Part shown: in pieces, positions 12,901-27,900 of the stretch
Layout: each line of letters starts with the position of its first letter
How positions within the stretch are numbered: position 1 is the stretch's first letter
Assembly (NCBI GenBank): GCA_965285935.1
Contig: OZ260662.1
Coordinates: 88,164,001-88,228,000 of the forward strand
Origin: Ophelia neglecta
Taxonomy: Eukaryota
DNA: 64,000 nt
Direction: 5' to 3'
The notes under the pieces: model-generated
What the model was told of the DNA's origin: nothing
Databases searched by the model: none
The model's input: only the letters and a program-made list of their open reading frames with translations
Made by a program: the position numbers and the translations under genes

Positions 12901-15900
12901 AGCGGAACCGCTTCGGATTCCAAAGACGGAGAAACCATCCATCGAGATAGACTTTACCGAGCCCAATCCACAACAACCAGTCGAAACACCGGTGGAAAAG
13001 ATTATCTTGCCCACACCTAGCAATGTGAAGACAGTTAAGATTTTCAAGAAGACAGTAAAACCAACTAGCGGCACCCCGACTGATGAAGAATGGGAAGAAG
13101 TGAAGCCAAAGAATGGTGAGCCAACATTTGATGGCACAAAACCAATCGTCTTTGATCCACCAATTGACGTTACTGTACTGAGGATCGTTCCAGAAGAGCC
13201 AACTGACAACGACGAGGATTTCATTATCAAACTGAAGATCCACGCTTGTCTGAAACTGAAGATAACTACAACCACGGTGCTCACTGAACCTACAACAAGC
13301 ACAGAAGGCACAACAACACCTTCTATCACAGAACCAGAAACAACTACTACAGGTGCCACCACCACAACTACAACAATAGCCGAAACCACAATCACATCTG
13401 CAATTCCTGTGACAACGACATCCAGCACTATGGGAACCACAACCATGGTTGAAGTTACAAGCCCGTCTGGAACAACAACAGCCGCTACAGGTACAACAAC
13501 AGAGGAAATGACAACCACAACGGTCTCTGGTGTAAACACCCTGACACCAACCATTAGAACCTTCCCAACCACTACAACCGAGGCAACCGTTACCACTACT
13601 GTGGGCACTACCTCCACAGAAGCTGGCACTACTACGTCTACGGGCGAAGCTACAACCACAGAGAGTACAATACCTGAAACTACAACTGGCAGCATGACTA
13701 CAACGTCCCTAGCATCAACAAGTACAGTGGGAAGTACCACACTGCCTAGCACAACTACCACAGTTACCATCACATCAACCATGCCTGGCGAAAAATGCCC
13801 CGAAGACATGGACAATCCAGTTCTTATCAATCCTAACATGATTACCATCAATCCAAGTAAATACAATGACCAACCAAGTAAAGATAAATTGAGACCATCC
13901 TCCGTTAAGCCACTCAGTATCCCCATATCTGAGAAACCCACAATTGAGATTGACTTCTCCCAACCTAGCCCAACAAAGGCATCCAAGACTCCTGTAGAGA
14001 AGCTTGTTTTCCCCAAGCCTAGCAATGTGAAGACAGTGCGGATTTACAAAGAAACGCCTTCTACGCCTGCTGCTGGCAAGCCGTCTAGCGTGCAATGGGA
14101 GCCAGTAGGAACAGTGCCTACATACGATGCCTCCAAACCAATCATCTTCAGCCCTCCAATCAAGGTGACTAAATTGAAGATTGTACCTGAGGAGCCAACT
14201 GACAAGAGTGAAGATTTCATCATGAAACTCAAAGTTCACGCTTGCATCACCGTCACAGTTACTACAACAACACTGCCAACTACTTCAACAACCGAAACAG
14301 CTACAAGTACCACTGGTAATTATGTGTTTATCACTTATTATTAAATTTTTACATAAGTTTACTAAGTACGGTTTTCAGTTCTTGCAACAGCATAGAAAGC
14401 CTTTATTCAAGACAAGTATTTTTACAATTTTAATTTCAGCACAAACGACGGTGCCATCGACAACAACCATTTCAGGAACTACAACTTCCGGGACTCTTCC
14501 TCCCGAGTTCTCTTCCACCACCCAGGGTACAACCACAACTCAAGGAGCATCATCAACAACCGAAATAGACACTGGTAGTCCAACTCCAATAAGAACCACG
14601 GAAGTCATGACTACCACTCAGACACCAACTACAGCTGCTCCTCCCTCTTCTCCCGTACCAACTACCACCACTGGTACAGAAACAACGACCAAAGAAGCAA
14701 CAACCAGTTCCAGTTATTTAACAACTACAGGCACACCTGCTGTCACCACAACTACCGTCCTGGCAACAACGGTGACCGTAGCATCAACTACACCTGGCGA
14801 AAAATGCCCAGAGGACATGGACAACCCTACTTTCATCACTCCCGATATGATAACTGTCAGGCCTCCACAATTCGACAAAGATAAGCCCAAACTTAGACCA
14901 TCTACAGCGGAACCGCTTCGGATTCCAAAGACGGAGAAGCCATCCATCGAGATAGACTTTACCGAGCCCAATCCACAACAACCAGTCGAAACACCGGTGG
15001 AAAAGATTATCTTGCCCACACCTAGCAATGTGAAGACAGTTAAGATTTTCAAGAAGACAGTAAAACCAACTAGCGGCACCCCGACTGATGAAGAATGGGA
15101 AGAAGTGAAGCCAAAGAATGGTGAGCCAACGTTTGATGGCACAAAACCAATCGTCTTTGATCCACCAATTGACGTTACTGTACTGAGGATCGTTCCAGAA
15201 GAGCCAACTGACAACGACGAGGATTTCATTATCAAACTGAAGATCCACGCTTGTCTGAAACTGAAGATAACTACCACCACGGTGCTCACTGAACCTACAA
15301 CAAGCACAGAAGGCACAACAACACCTTCTATCACGGAACCAGAAACAACTACTACAGGTGCCACCACCACAACTACAACAATGGCCGAAACCACAACCAC
15401 ATCTGCAATTCCTGTGACAACGACATCCAGCACTATGGGAACCACAACCATGGTTGAAGTTACAAGCCCGTCTGGAACGACAACAGCCGCTACAGGTACA
15501 ACAACAGAGGAAATGACAACCACAACGGTCTCTGGTGTAAACACCCTGACACCAACCATTAGAACCTTCCCAACCACTACAACCGAGGCAACCGTTACCA
15601 CTACTGTGGGCACTACCTCCACAGAAGCTGGCACTACTACGTCTGCGGGCGAAGCTACAACCACAGAGAGTACAACACCTGAAACTACAACTGGCAGCAT
15701 GACTACAACGTCCCTAGCATCAACAAGTACAGTGGGAAGTACCACACTGCCTAGCACAACTACCACAGTTACCATCACATCAACCATGCCTGGCGAAAAA
15801 TGCCCCGAAGACATGGACAATCCAGTTCTTATCAATCCTAACATGATTACCATCAATCCAAGTAAATACAATGACCAACCAAGTAAAGATAAATTGAGAC

Positions 15901-18900
15901 CATCCTCCGTTAAGCCACTCAGTATCCCCATATCTGAGAAACCCACAATTGAGATTGACTTCTCCAAACCTAGCCCAACAAAGGCATCCAAGACTCCTGT
16001 AGAGAAGCTTGTTTTCCCCAAGCCTAGCAATGTGAAGACAGTGCGGATTTACAAAGAAACGCCTTCTACGCCTGCTGCTGGCAAGCCGTTTAGCGTGCAA
16101 TGGGAGCCAGTAGGAACAGTGCCTACATACGATGCCTCCAAACCAATCATCTTCAGCCCTCCAATCAAGGTGACTAAATTGAAGATTGTACCTGAGGAGC
16201 CAACTGACAAGAGTGAAGATTTCATCATGAAACTCAAAGTTCACGCTTGCATCACCGTCACAGTTACTACAACAACACTGCCAACTACTTCAACAACCGA
16301 AACAGCTACAAGTACCACTGGTAATTATGTGTTTATCACTTATCATTAAATATTTTCCATAGTGTACTAAGTACGGTTTTCAGTTCTTGCAACAGCATAG
16401 AAAGCCTTTATTCAAGACATGTATTTTTACAATTTTAATTTCAGCACAAACGACGGTGCCATCGACAACAACCATTTCAGGAACTACAACTTCCGGGACT
16501 CTTCCTCCCGAGTTCTCTTCCACCACCCAGGGTACAACCACAACTCAAGGAGCATCATCAACAACCGAAATAGACACTGGTAGTCCAACTCCAATAAGAA
16601 CCACGGAAGTCATGACTACCACTCAGACACCAACTACAGCTGCTCCTCCCTCTTCTCCCGTACCAACTACCACCACTGGTACAGAAACAACGACCAAAGA
16701 AGCAACAACCAGTTCCAGTTATTTAACAACTACAGGCACACCTGCTGTCACCACAACTACCGTCCTGGCAACAACGGTGACCGTAGCATCAACTACACCT
16801 GGCGAAAAATGCCCAGAGGACATGGACAACCCTACTTTCATCACTCCCGATATGATAACTGTCAGGCCTCCACAATTCGACAAAGATAAGCCCAAACTTA
16901 GACCATCTACAGCGGAACCGCTTCGGATTCCAAAGACGGAGAAACCATCCATCGAGATAGACTTTACCGAGCCCAATCCACAACAACCAGTCGAAACACC
17001 GGTGGAAAAGATTATCTTGCCCACACCTAGCAATGTGAAGACAGTTAAGATTTTCAAGAAGACAGTAAAACCAACTAGCGGCACCCCGACTGATGAAGAA
17101 TGGGAAGAAGTGAAGCCAAAGAATGGTGAGCCAACATTTGATGGCACAAAACCAATCGTCTTTGATCCACCAATTGACGTTACTGTACTGAGGATCGTTC
17201 CAGAAGAGCCAACTGACAACGACGAGGATTTCATTATCAAACTGAAGATCCACGCTTGTCTGAAACTGAAGATAACTACCACCACGGTGCTCACTGAACC
17301 TACAACAAGCACAGAAGGCACAACAACACCTTCTATCACGGAACCAGAAACAACTACTACAGGTGCCACCACCACAACTACAACAATGGCCGAAACCACA
17401 ACCACATCTGAAATTCCTGTGACAAAGACATCCAGCACTATGGGAACCACAACCATGGTTGAAGTTACAAGCCCGTCTGGAACGACAACAGCCGCTACAG
17501 GTACAACAACAGAGGAAATGACAACCACAACGGTCTCTGGTGTAAACACCCTGACACCAACCATTAGAACCTTCCCAACCACTACAACCGAGGCAACCGT
17601 TACCACTACTGTGGGCACTACCTCCACAGAAGCTGGCACTACTACGTCTGCGGGCGAAGGTACAACCACAGAGAGTACAACACCTGAAACTACAACTGGC
17701 AGCATGACTACAACGTCCCTAGCATCAACAAGTACAGTGGGAAGTACCACACTGCCTAGCACAACTACCACAGTTACCATCACATCAACCATGCCTGGCG
17801 AAAAATGCCCCGAAGACATGGACAATCCAGTTCTTATTAATCCTAACATGATTACCATCAATCCAAGTAAATACAATGACCAACCAAGTAAAGATAAATT
17901 GAGACCATCCTCCGTTAAGCCACTCAGTATCCCCATATCTGAGAAACCCACAATTGAGATTGACTTCTCCAAACCTAGCCCAACAAATGCATCCAAGACT
18001 CCTGTAGAGAAGCTTGTTTTCCCCAAGCCTAGCAATGTGAAGACAGTGCGGATTTACAAAGAAACGCCTTCTACGCCTGCTGCTGGAAAGCCGTCTAGCG
18101 TGCAATGGGAGCCAGTAGGAACAGTGCCTACATACGATGCCTCCAAACCAATCATCTTCAGCCCTCCAATCAAGGTGACTAAATTGAAGATTGTACCTGA
18201 GGAGCCAACAGACAAGAGTGAAGATTTCATCATGAAACTCAAAGTTCACGCTTGCATCACCGTCACAGTTACTACAACAACACTGCCAACTACTTTAACA
18301 ACCGAAACAGCTACAAGTACCACTGGTAATTATGTGTTTATCACTTATTATTAAATTGTTACATAAGTGTACTAAGTACGGTTTTCAGTTCTTGCAACAG
18401 CATAGAAAGCCTTTATTCAAGACATGTATTTTTACAATTTTAATTTCAGCACAAACGACGGTGCCATCGACAACAACCATTTCAGGAACTACAACTTCCG
18501 GGACTCTTCCTCCCGAGTTCTCTTCCACCACCCAGGGTACAACCACAACTCAAGGAGCATCATCAACAACCGAAATAGACACTGGTAGTCCAACTCCAAT
18601 AAGAACCACGGAAGTCATGACTACCACTCAGACACCATCTACAGCTGCTCCTCCCTCTTCTCCCGTACCAACTACCACCACTGGTACAGAAACAACGACC
18701 AAAGAAGCAACAACCAGTTCCAGTTATTTAACAACTACAGGCACACCTGCTGTCACCACAACTACCGTCCTGGCAACAACGGTGACTGTAGCATCAACTA
18801 CACCTGGCGAAAAATGCCCAGAGGACATGGACAACCCTACTTTCATCACTCCCGATATGATAACTGTCAGGCCTCCACAATTCGACAAAGATAAGCCCAA

Positions 18901-21900
18901 ACTTAGACCATCTACAGCGGAACCGCTTCGGATTCCAAAGACGGAGAAGCCATCCATCGAGATAGACTTTACCGAGCCCAATCCACAACAACCAGTCGAA
19001 ACACCGGTGGAAAAGATTATCTTGCCCACACCTAGCAATGTGAAGACAGTTAAGATTTTCAAGAAGACAGTTAAACCAACTAGCGGCACCCCGACTGATG
19101 AAGAATGGGAAGAAGTGAAGCCAAAGAATGGTGAGCCAACATTTGATGGCACAAAACCAATCGTCTTTGATCCACCAATTGACGTTACTGTACTGAGGAT
19201 CGTTCCAGAAGAGCCAACTGACAACGACGAGGATTTCATTATCAAACTGAAGATCCACGCTTGTCTGAAACTGAAGATAACTACCACCACGGTGCTCACT
19301 GAACCTACAACAAGCACAGAAGGCACAACAACACCTTCTATCACGGAACCAGAAACAACTACTACAGGTGCCACCACCACAACTACAACAATGGCCGAAA
19401 CCACAACCACATCTGCAATTCCTGTGACAACGACATCCAGCACTATGGGAACCACAACCATGGTTGAAGTTACAAGCCCGTCTGGAACGACAACAGCCGC
19501 TACAGGTACAACAACAGAGGAAATGACAACCACAACGGTCTCTGGTGTAAACACCCTGACACCAACCATTAGAACCTTCCCAACCACTACAACCGAGGCA
19601 ACCGTTACCACTACTGTGGGCACTACCTCCACAGAAGCTGGCACTACTACGTCTGCGGGCGAAGCTACAACCACAGAGAGTACAACACCTGAAACTACAA
19701 CTGGCAGCATGACTACAACGTCCCTAGCATCAACAAGTACAGTGGGAAGTACCACACTGCCTAGCACAACTACCACAGTTACCATCACATCAACCATGCC
19801 TGGCGAAAAATGCCCCGAAGACATGGACAATCCAGTTCTTATCATTCCTAACATGATTACCATCAATCCAAGTAAATACAATGACCAACCAAGTAAAGAT
19901 AAATTGAGACCATCCTCCGTTAAGCCACTCAGTATCCCCATATCTGAGAAACCCACAATTGAGATTGACTTCTCCAAACCTAGCCCAACAAAGGCATCCA
20001 AGACTCCTGTAGAGAAGCTTGTTTTCCCCAAGCCTAGCAATGTGAAGACAGTGCGGATTTACAAAGAAACGCCTTCTACGCCTGCTGCTGGCAAGCCGTC
20101 TAGCGTGCAATGGGAGCCAGTAGGAACAGTGCCTACATACGATGCCTCCAAACCAATCATCTTCAGCCCTCCAATCAAGGTGACTAAATTGAAGATTGTA
20201 CCTGAGGAGCCAACTGACAAGAGTGAAGATTTCATCATGAAACTCAAAGTTCACGCTTGCATCATCGTCACAGTTACTACAACAACACTGCCAACTACTT
20301 CAACAACCGAAACAGCTACAAGTACCACTGGTAATTATGTGTTTATCACTTATTATTAAATTTTTACATAAGTGTACTAAGTACGGTTTTCAGTTCTTGC
20401 AACAGCATAGAAAGCCTTTATTCAAGACATGTATTTTTACAATTTTAATTTCAGCACAAACGACGGTGCCATCGACAACAACCATTTCAGGAACTACAAC
20501 TTCCGGGACTCTTCCTCCCGAGTTCTCTTCCACCACCCAGGGTACAACCACAACTCAAGGAGCATCATCAACAACCGAAATAGACACTGGTAGTCCAACT
20601 CCAATAAGAACCACGGAAGTCATGACTACCACTCAGACACCATCTACAGCTGCTCCTCCCTCTTCTCCCGTACCAACTACCACCACTGGTACAGAAACAA
20701 CGACCAAAGAAGCAACAACCAGTTCCAGTTATTTAACAACTACAGGCACACCTGCTGTCACCACAACTACCGTCCTGGCAACAACGGTGACCGTAGCATC
20801 AACTACACCTGGCGAAAAATGCCCAGAGGACATGGACAACCCTACTTTCATCACTCCCGATATGATAACTGTCAGGCCTCCACAATTCGACAAAGATAAG
20901 CCCAAACTTAGACCATCTACAGCGGAACCGCTTCGGATTCCAAAGACGGAGAAGCCATCCATCGAGATAGACTTTACCGAGCCCAATCCACAACAACCAG
21001 TCGAAACACCGGTGGAAAAGATTATCTTGCCCACACCTAGCAATGTGAAGACAGTTAAGATTTTCAAGAAGACAGTTAAACCAACTAGCGGCACCCCGAC
21101 TGATGAAGAATGGGAAGAAGTGAAGCCAAAGAATGGTGAGCCAACATTTGATGGCACAAAACCAATCGTCTTTGATCCACCAATTGACGTTACTGTACTG
21201 AGGATCGTTCCAGAAGAGCCAACTGACAACGACGAGGATTTCATTATCAAACTGAAGATCCACGCTTGTCTGAAACTGAAGATAACTACCACCACGGTGC
21301 TCACTGAACCTACAACAAGCACAGAAGGCACAACAACACCTTCTATCACGGAACCAGAAACAACTACTACAGGTGCCACCACCACAACTACAACAATGGC
21401 CGAAACCACAACCACATCTGCAATTCCTGTGACAACGACATCCAGCACTATGGGAACCACAACCATGGTTGAAGTTACAAGCCCGTCTGGATCAACAACA
21501 GCCGCTACAGGTACAACAACAGAGGAAATGACAACCACAACGGTCTCTGGTGTAAACACCCTGACACCAACCATTAGAACCTTCCCAACCACTACAACCG
21601 AGGCAACCGTTACCACTACTGTGGGCACTACCTCCACAGAAGCTGGCACTACTACGTCTGCGGGCGAAGCTACAACCACAGAGAGTACAACACCTAAAAC
21701 TACAACTGGCAGCATGACTACAACGTCCCTGGCATCAACAAGTACAGTGGGAAGTACCACACTGCCTAGCACAACTACCACAGTTACCATCACATCAACC
21801 ATGCCTGGCGAAAAATGCCCCGAAGACATGGACAATCCAGTTCTTATCAATCCTAACATGATTACCATCAATCCAAGTAAATACAATGACCAACCAAGTA

Positions 21901-24900
21901 AAGATAAATTGAGACCATCCTCCGTTAAGCCACTCAGTATCCCCATATCTGAGAAACCCACAATTGAGATTGACTTCTCCAAACCTAGCCCAACAAAGGC
22001 ATCCAAGACTCCTGTAGAGAAGCTTGTTTTCCCCAAGCCTAGCAATGTGAAGACAGTGCGGATTTACAAAGAAACGCCTTCTACGCCTGCTGCTGGCAAG
22101 CCGTCTAGCGTGCAATGGGAGCCAGTAGGAACAGTGCCTACATACGATGCTTCCAAACCAATCATCTTCAGCCCTCCAATCAAGGTGACTAAATTGAAGA
22201 TTGTACCTGAGGAGCCAACTGACAAGAGTGAAGATTTCATCATGAAACTCAAAGTTCACGCTTGCATCACCGTCACAGTTACTACAACAACACTGCCAAC
22301 TACTTCAACAACCGAAACAGCTACAAGTACCACTGGTAATTATGTGTTTATCACTTATTATTAAATTTTTACATAAGTGTACTAAGTACGGTTTTCAGTT
22401 CTTGCAACAGCATAGAAAGTCTTTATTCAAGACAAGTATTTTAACAATTTTAATTTCAGCACAAACGACGGTGCCATCGACAACAACCATTTCAGGAACT
22501 ACAACTTCCGGGACTCTTCCTCCCGAGTTCTCTTCCACCACCCAGGGTACAACCACAACTCAAGGAGCATCATCAACAACCGAAATAGACACTGGTAGTC
22601 CAACTCCAATAAGAACCACGGAAGTCATGACTACCACTCAGACACCAACTACAGCTGCTCCTCCCTCTTCTCCCGTACCAACTACCACCACTGGTACAGA
22701 AACAACGACCAAAGAAGCAACAACCAGTTCCAGTTATTTAACAACTACAGGCACACCTGCTGTCACCACAACTACCGTCCTGGCAACAACGGTGACAGTA
22801 GCATCAACTACACCTGGCGAAAAATGCCCAGAGGACATGGACAACCCTACTTTCATCACTCCCGATATGATAACTGTCAGGCCTCCACAATTCGACAAAG
22901 ATAAGCCCAAACTTAGACCATCTACAGCGGAACCGCTTCGGATTCCAAAGACGGAGAAGCCATCCATCGAGATAGACTTTACCGAGCCCAATCCACAACA
23001 ACCAGTCGAAACACCGGTGGAAAAGATTATCTTGCCCACACCTAGCAATGTGAAGACAGTTAAGATTTTCAAGAAGACAGTTAAACCAACTAGCGGCACC
23101 CCGACTGATGAAGAATGGGAAGAAGTGAAGCCAAAGAATGGTGAGCCAACGTTTGATGGCACAAAACCAATCGTCTTTGATCCACCAATTGACGTTACTG
23201 TACTGAGGATCGTTCCAGAAGAGCCAACTGACAACGACGAGGATTTCATTATCAAACTGAAGATCCACGCTTGTCTGAAACTGAAGATAACTACCACCAC
23301 GGTGCTCACTGAACCTAAAACAAGCACAGAAGGCACAACAACACCTTCTATCACGGAACCAGAAACAACTACTACAGGTGCCACCACCACAACTACAACA
23401 ATGGCCGAAACCACAACCACATCTGCAATTCCTGTGACAACGACATCCAGCACTATGGGAACCACAACCATGGTTGAAGTTACAAGCCCGTCTGGAACGA
23501 CAACAGCCGCTACAGGTACAACAACAGAGGAAATGACAACCACAACGGTCTCTGGTGTAAACACCCTGACACCAACCATTAGAACCTTCCCAACCACTAC
23601 AACCGAGGCAACCGTTACCACTACTGTGGGCACTACCTCCACAGAAGCTGGCACTACTACGTCTGCGGGCGAAGCTACAACCACAGAGAGTACAACACCT
23701 GAAACTACAACTGGCAGCATGACTACAACGTCCCTAGCATCAACAAGTACAGTGGGAAGTACCACACTGCCTAGCACAACTACCACAGTTACCATCACAT
23801 CAACCATGCCTGGCGAAAAATGCCCCGAAGACATGGACAATCCAGTTCTTATCAATCCTAACATGATTACCATCAATCCAAGTAAATACAATGACCAACC
23901 AAGTAAAGATAAATTGAGACCATCCTCCGTTAAGCCACTCAGTATCCCCATATCTGAGAAACCCACAATTGAGATTGACTTCTCCAAACCTAGCCCAACA
24001 AAGGCATCCAAGACTCCTGTAGAGAAGCTTGTTTTCCCCAAGCCTAGCAATGTGAAGACAGTGCGGATTTACAAAGAAACGCCTTCTACGCCTGCTGCTG
24101 GCAAGCCGTCTAGCGTGCAATGGGAGCCAGTAGGAACAGTGCCTACATACGATGCCTCCAAACCAATCATCTTCAGCCCTCCAATCAAGGTGACTAAATT
24201 GAAGATTGTACCTGAGGAGCCAACTGACAAGAGTGAAGATTTCATCATGAAACTCAAAGTTCACGCTTGCATCACCGTCACAGTTACTACAACAACACTG
24301 CCAACTACTTCAACAACCGAAACAGCTACAAGTACCACTGGTAATTATGTGTTTATCACTTATCATTAAATATTTTACATAAGTGTACTAAGTACGGTTT
24401 TCAGTTCTTGCAACAGCATAGAAAGCCTTTATTCAAGACATGTATTTTTACAATTTTAATTTCAGCACAAACGACGGTGCCATCGACAACAACCATTTCA
24501 GGAACTACAACTTCCGGGACTCTTCCTCCCGAGTTCTCTTCCACCACCCAGGGTACAACCACAACTCAAGGAGCATCATCAACAACCGAAATAGACACTG
24601 GTAGTCCAACTCCAATAAGAACCACGGAAGTCATGACTACCACTCAGACACCAACTACAGCTGCTCCTCCCTCTTCTCCCGTACCAACTACCACCACTGG
24701 TACAGAAACAACGACCAAAGAAGCAACAACCAGTTCCAGTTATTTAACAACTACAGGCACACCTGCTGTCACCACAACTACCGTCCTGGCAACAACGGTG
24801 ACCGTAGCATCAACTACACCTGGCGAAAAATGCCCAGAGGACATGGACAACCCTACTTTCATCACTCCCGATATGATAACTGTCAGGCCTCCACAATTCG

Positions 24901-27900
24901 ACAAAGATAAGCCCAAACTTAGACCATCTACAGCGGAACCGCTTCGGATTCCAAAGACGGAGAAACCATCCATCGAGATAGACTTTACCGAGCCCAATCC
25001 ACAACAACCAGTCGAAACACCGGTGGAAAAGATTATCTTGCCCACACCTAGCAATGTGAAGACAGTTAAGATTTTCAAGAAGACAGTAAAACCAACTAGC
25101 GGCACCCCGACTGATGAAGAATGGGAAGAAGTGAAGCCAAAGAATGGTGAGCCAACATTTGATGGCACAAAACCAATCGTCTTTGATCCACCAATTGACG
25201 TTACTGTACTGAGGATCGTTCCAGAAGAGCCAACTGACAACGACGAGGATTTCATTATCAAACTGAAGATCCACGCTTGTCTGAAACTGAAGATAACTAC
25301 CACCACGGTGCTCACTGAACCTACAACAAGCACAGAAGGCACAACAACACCTTCTATCACGGAACCAGAAACAACTACTACAGGTGCCACCACCACAACT
25401 ACAACAATGGCCGAAACCACAACCACATCTGAAATTCCTGTGACAAAGACATCCAGCACTATGGGAACCACAACCATGGTTGAAGTTACAAGCCCGTCTG
25501 GAACGACAACAGCCGCTACAGGTACAACAACAGAGGAAATGACAACCACAACGGTCTCTGGTGTAAACACCCTGACACCAACCATTAGAACCTTCCCAAC
25601 CACTACAACCGAGGCAACCGTTACCACTACTGTGGGCACTACCTCCACAGAAGCTGGCACTACTACGTCTGCGGGCGAAGGTACAACCACAGAGAGTACA
25701 ACACCTGAAACTACAACTGGCAGCATGACTACAACGTCCCTAGCATCAACAAGTACAGTGGGAAGTACCACACTGCCTAGCACAACTACCACAGTTACCA
25801 TCACATCAACCATGCCTGGCGAAAAATGCCCCGAAGACATGGACAATCCAGTTCTTATCAATCCTAACATGATTACCATCAATCCAAGTAAATACAATGA
25901 CCAACCAAGTAAAGATAAATTGAGACCATCCTCCGTTAAGCCACTCAGTATCCCCATATCTGAGAAACCCACAATTGAGATTGACTTCTCCAAACCTAGC
26001 CCAACAAATGCATCCAAGACTCCTGTAGAGAAGCTTGTTTTCCCCAAGCCTAGCAATGTGAAGACAGTGCGGATTTACAAAGAAACGCCTTCTACGCCTG
26101 CTGCTGGAAAGCCGTCTAGCGTGCAATGGGAGCCAGTAGGAACAGTGCCTACATACGATGCCTCCAAACCAATCATCTTCAGCCCTCCAATCAAGGTGAC
26201 TAAATTGAAGATTGTACCTGAGGAGCCAACAGACAAGAGTGAAGATTTCATCATGAAACTCAAAGTTCACGCTTGCATCACCGTCACAGTTACTACAACA
26301 ACACTGCCAACTACTTCAACAACCGAAACAGCTACAAGTACCACTGGTAATTATGTGTTTATCACTTATTATTAAATTGTTACATAAGTGTACTAAGTAC
26401 GGTTTTCAGTTCTTGCAACAGCATAGAAAGCCTTTATTCAAGACATGTATTTTTACAATTTTAATTTCAGCACAAACGACGGTGCCATCGACAACAACCA
26501 TTTCAGGAACTACAACTTCCGGGACTCTTCCTCCCGAGTTCTCTTCCACCACCCAGGGTACAACCACAACTCAAGGAGCATCATCAACAACCGAAATAGA
26601 CACTGGTAGTCCAACTCCAATAAGAACCACGGAAGTCATGACTACCACTCAGACACCATCTACAGCTGCTCCTCCCTCTTCTCCCGTACCAACTACCACC
26701 ACTGGTACAGAAACAACGACCAAAGAAGCAACAACCAGTTCCAGTTATTTAACAACTACAGGCACACCTGCTGTCACCACAACTACCGTCCTGGCAACAA
26801 CGGTGACTGTAGCATCAACTACACCTGGCGAAAAATGCCCAGAGGACATGGACAACCCTACTTTCATCACTCCCGATATGATAACTGTCAGGCCTCCACA
26901 ATTCGACAAAGATAAGCCCAAACTTAGACCATCTACAGCGGAACCGCTTCGGATTCCAAAGACGGAGAAGCCATCCATCGAGATAGACTTTACCGAGCCC
27001 AATCCACAACAACCAGTCGAAACACCGGTGGAAAAGATTATCTTGCCCACACCTAGCAATGTGAAGACAGTTAAGATTTTCAAGAAGACAGTTAAACCAA
27101 CTAGCGGCACCCCGACTGATGAAGAATGGGAAGAAGTGAAGCCAAAGAATGGTGAGCCAACATTTGATGGCACAAAACCAATCGTCTTTGATCCACCAAT
27201 TGACGTTACTGTACTGAGGATCGTTCCAGAAGAGCCAACTGACAACGACGAGGATTTCATTATCAAACTGAAGATCCACGCTTGTCTGAAACTGAAGATA
27301 ACTACCACCACGGTGCTCACTGAACCTACAACAAGCACAGAAGGCACAACAACACCTTCTATCACGGAACCAGAAACAACTACTACAGGTGCCACCACCA
27401 CAACTACAACAATGGCCGAAACCACAACCACATCTGCAATTCCTGTGACAACGACATCCAGCACTATGGGAACCACAACCATGGTTGAAGTTACAAGCCC
27501 GTCTGGAACGACAACAGCCGCTACAGGTACAACAACAGAGGAAATGACAACCACAACGGTCTCTGGTGTAAACACCCTGACACCAACCATTAGAACCTTC
27601 CCAACCACTACAACCGAGGCAACCGTTACCACTACTGTGGGCACTACCTCCACAGAAGCTGGCACTACTACGTCTGCGGGCGAAGCTACAACCACAGAGA
27701 GTACAACACCTGAAACTACAACTGGCAGCATGACTACAACGTCCCTAGCATCAACAAGTACAGTGGGAAGTACCACACTGCCTAGCACAACTACCACAGT
27801 TACCATCACATCAACCATGCCTGGCGAAAAATGCCCCGAAGACATGGACAATCCAGTTCTTATCAATCCTAACATGATTACCATCAATCCAAGTAAATAC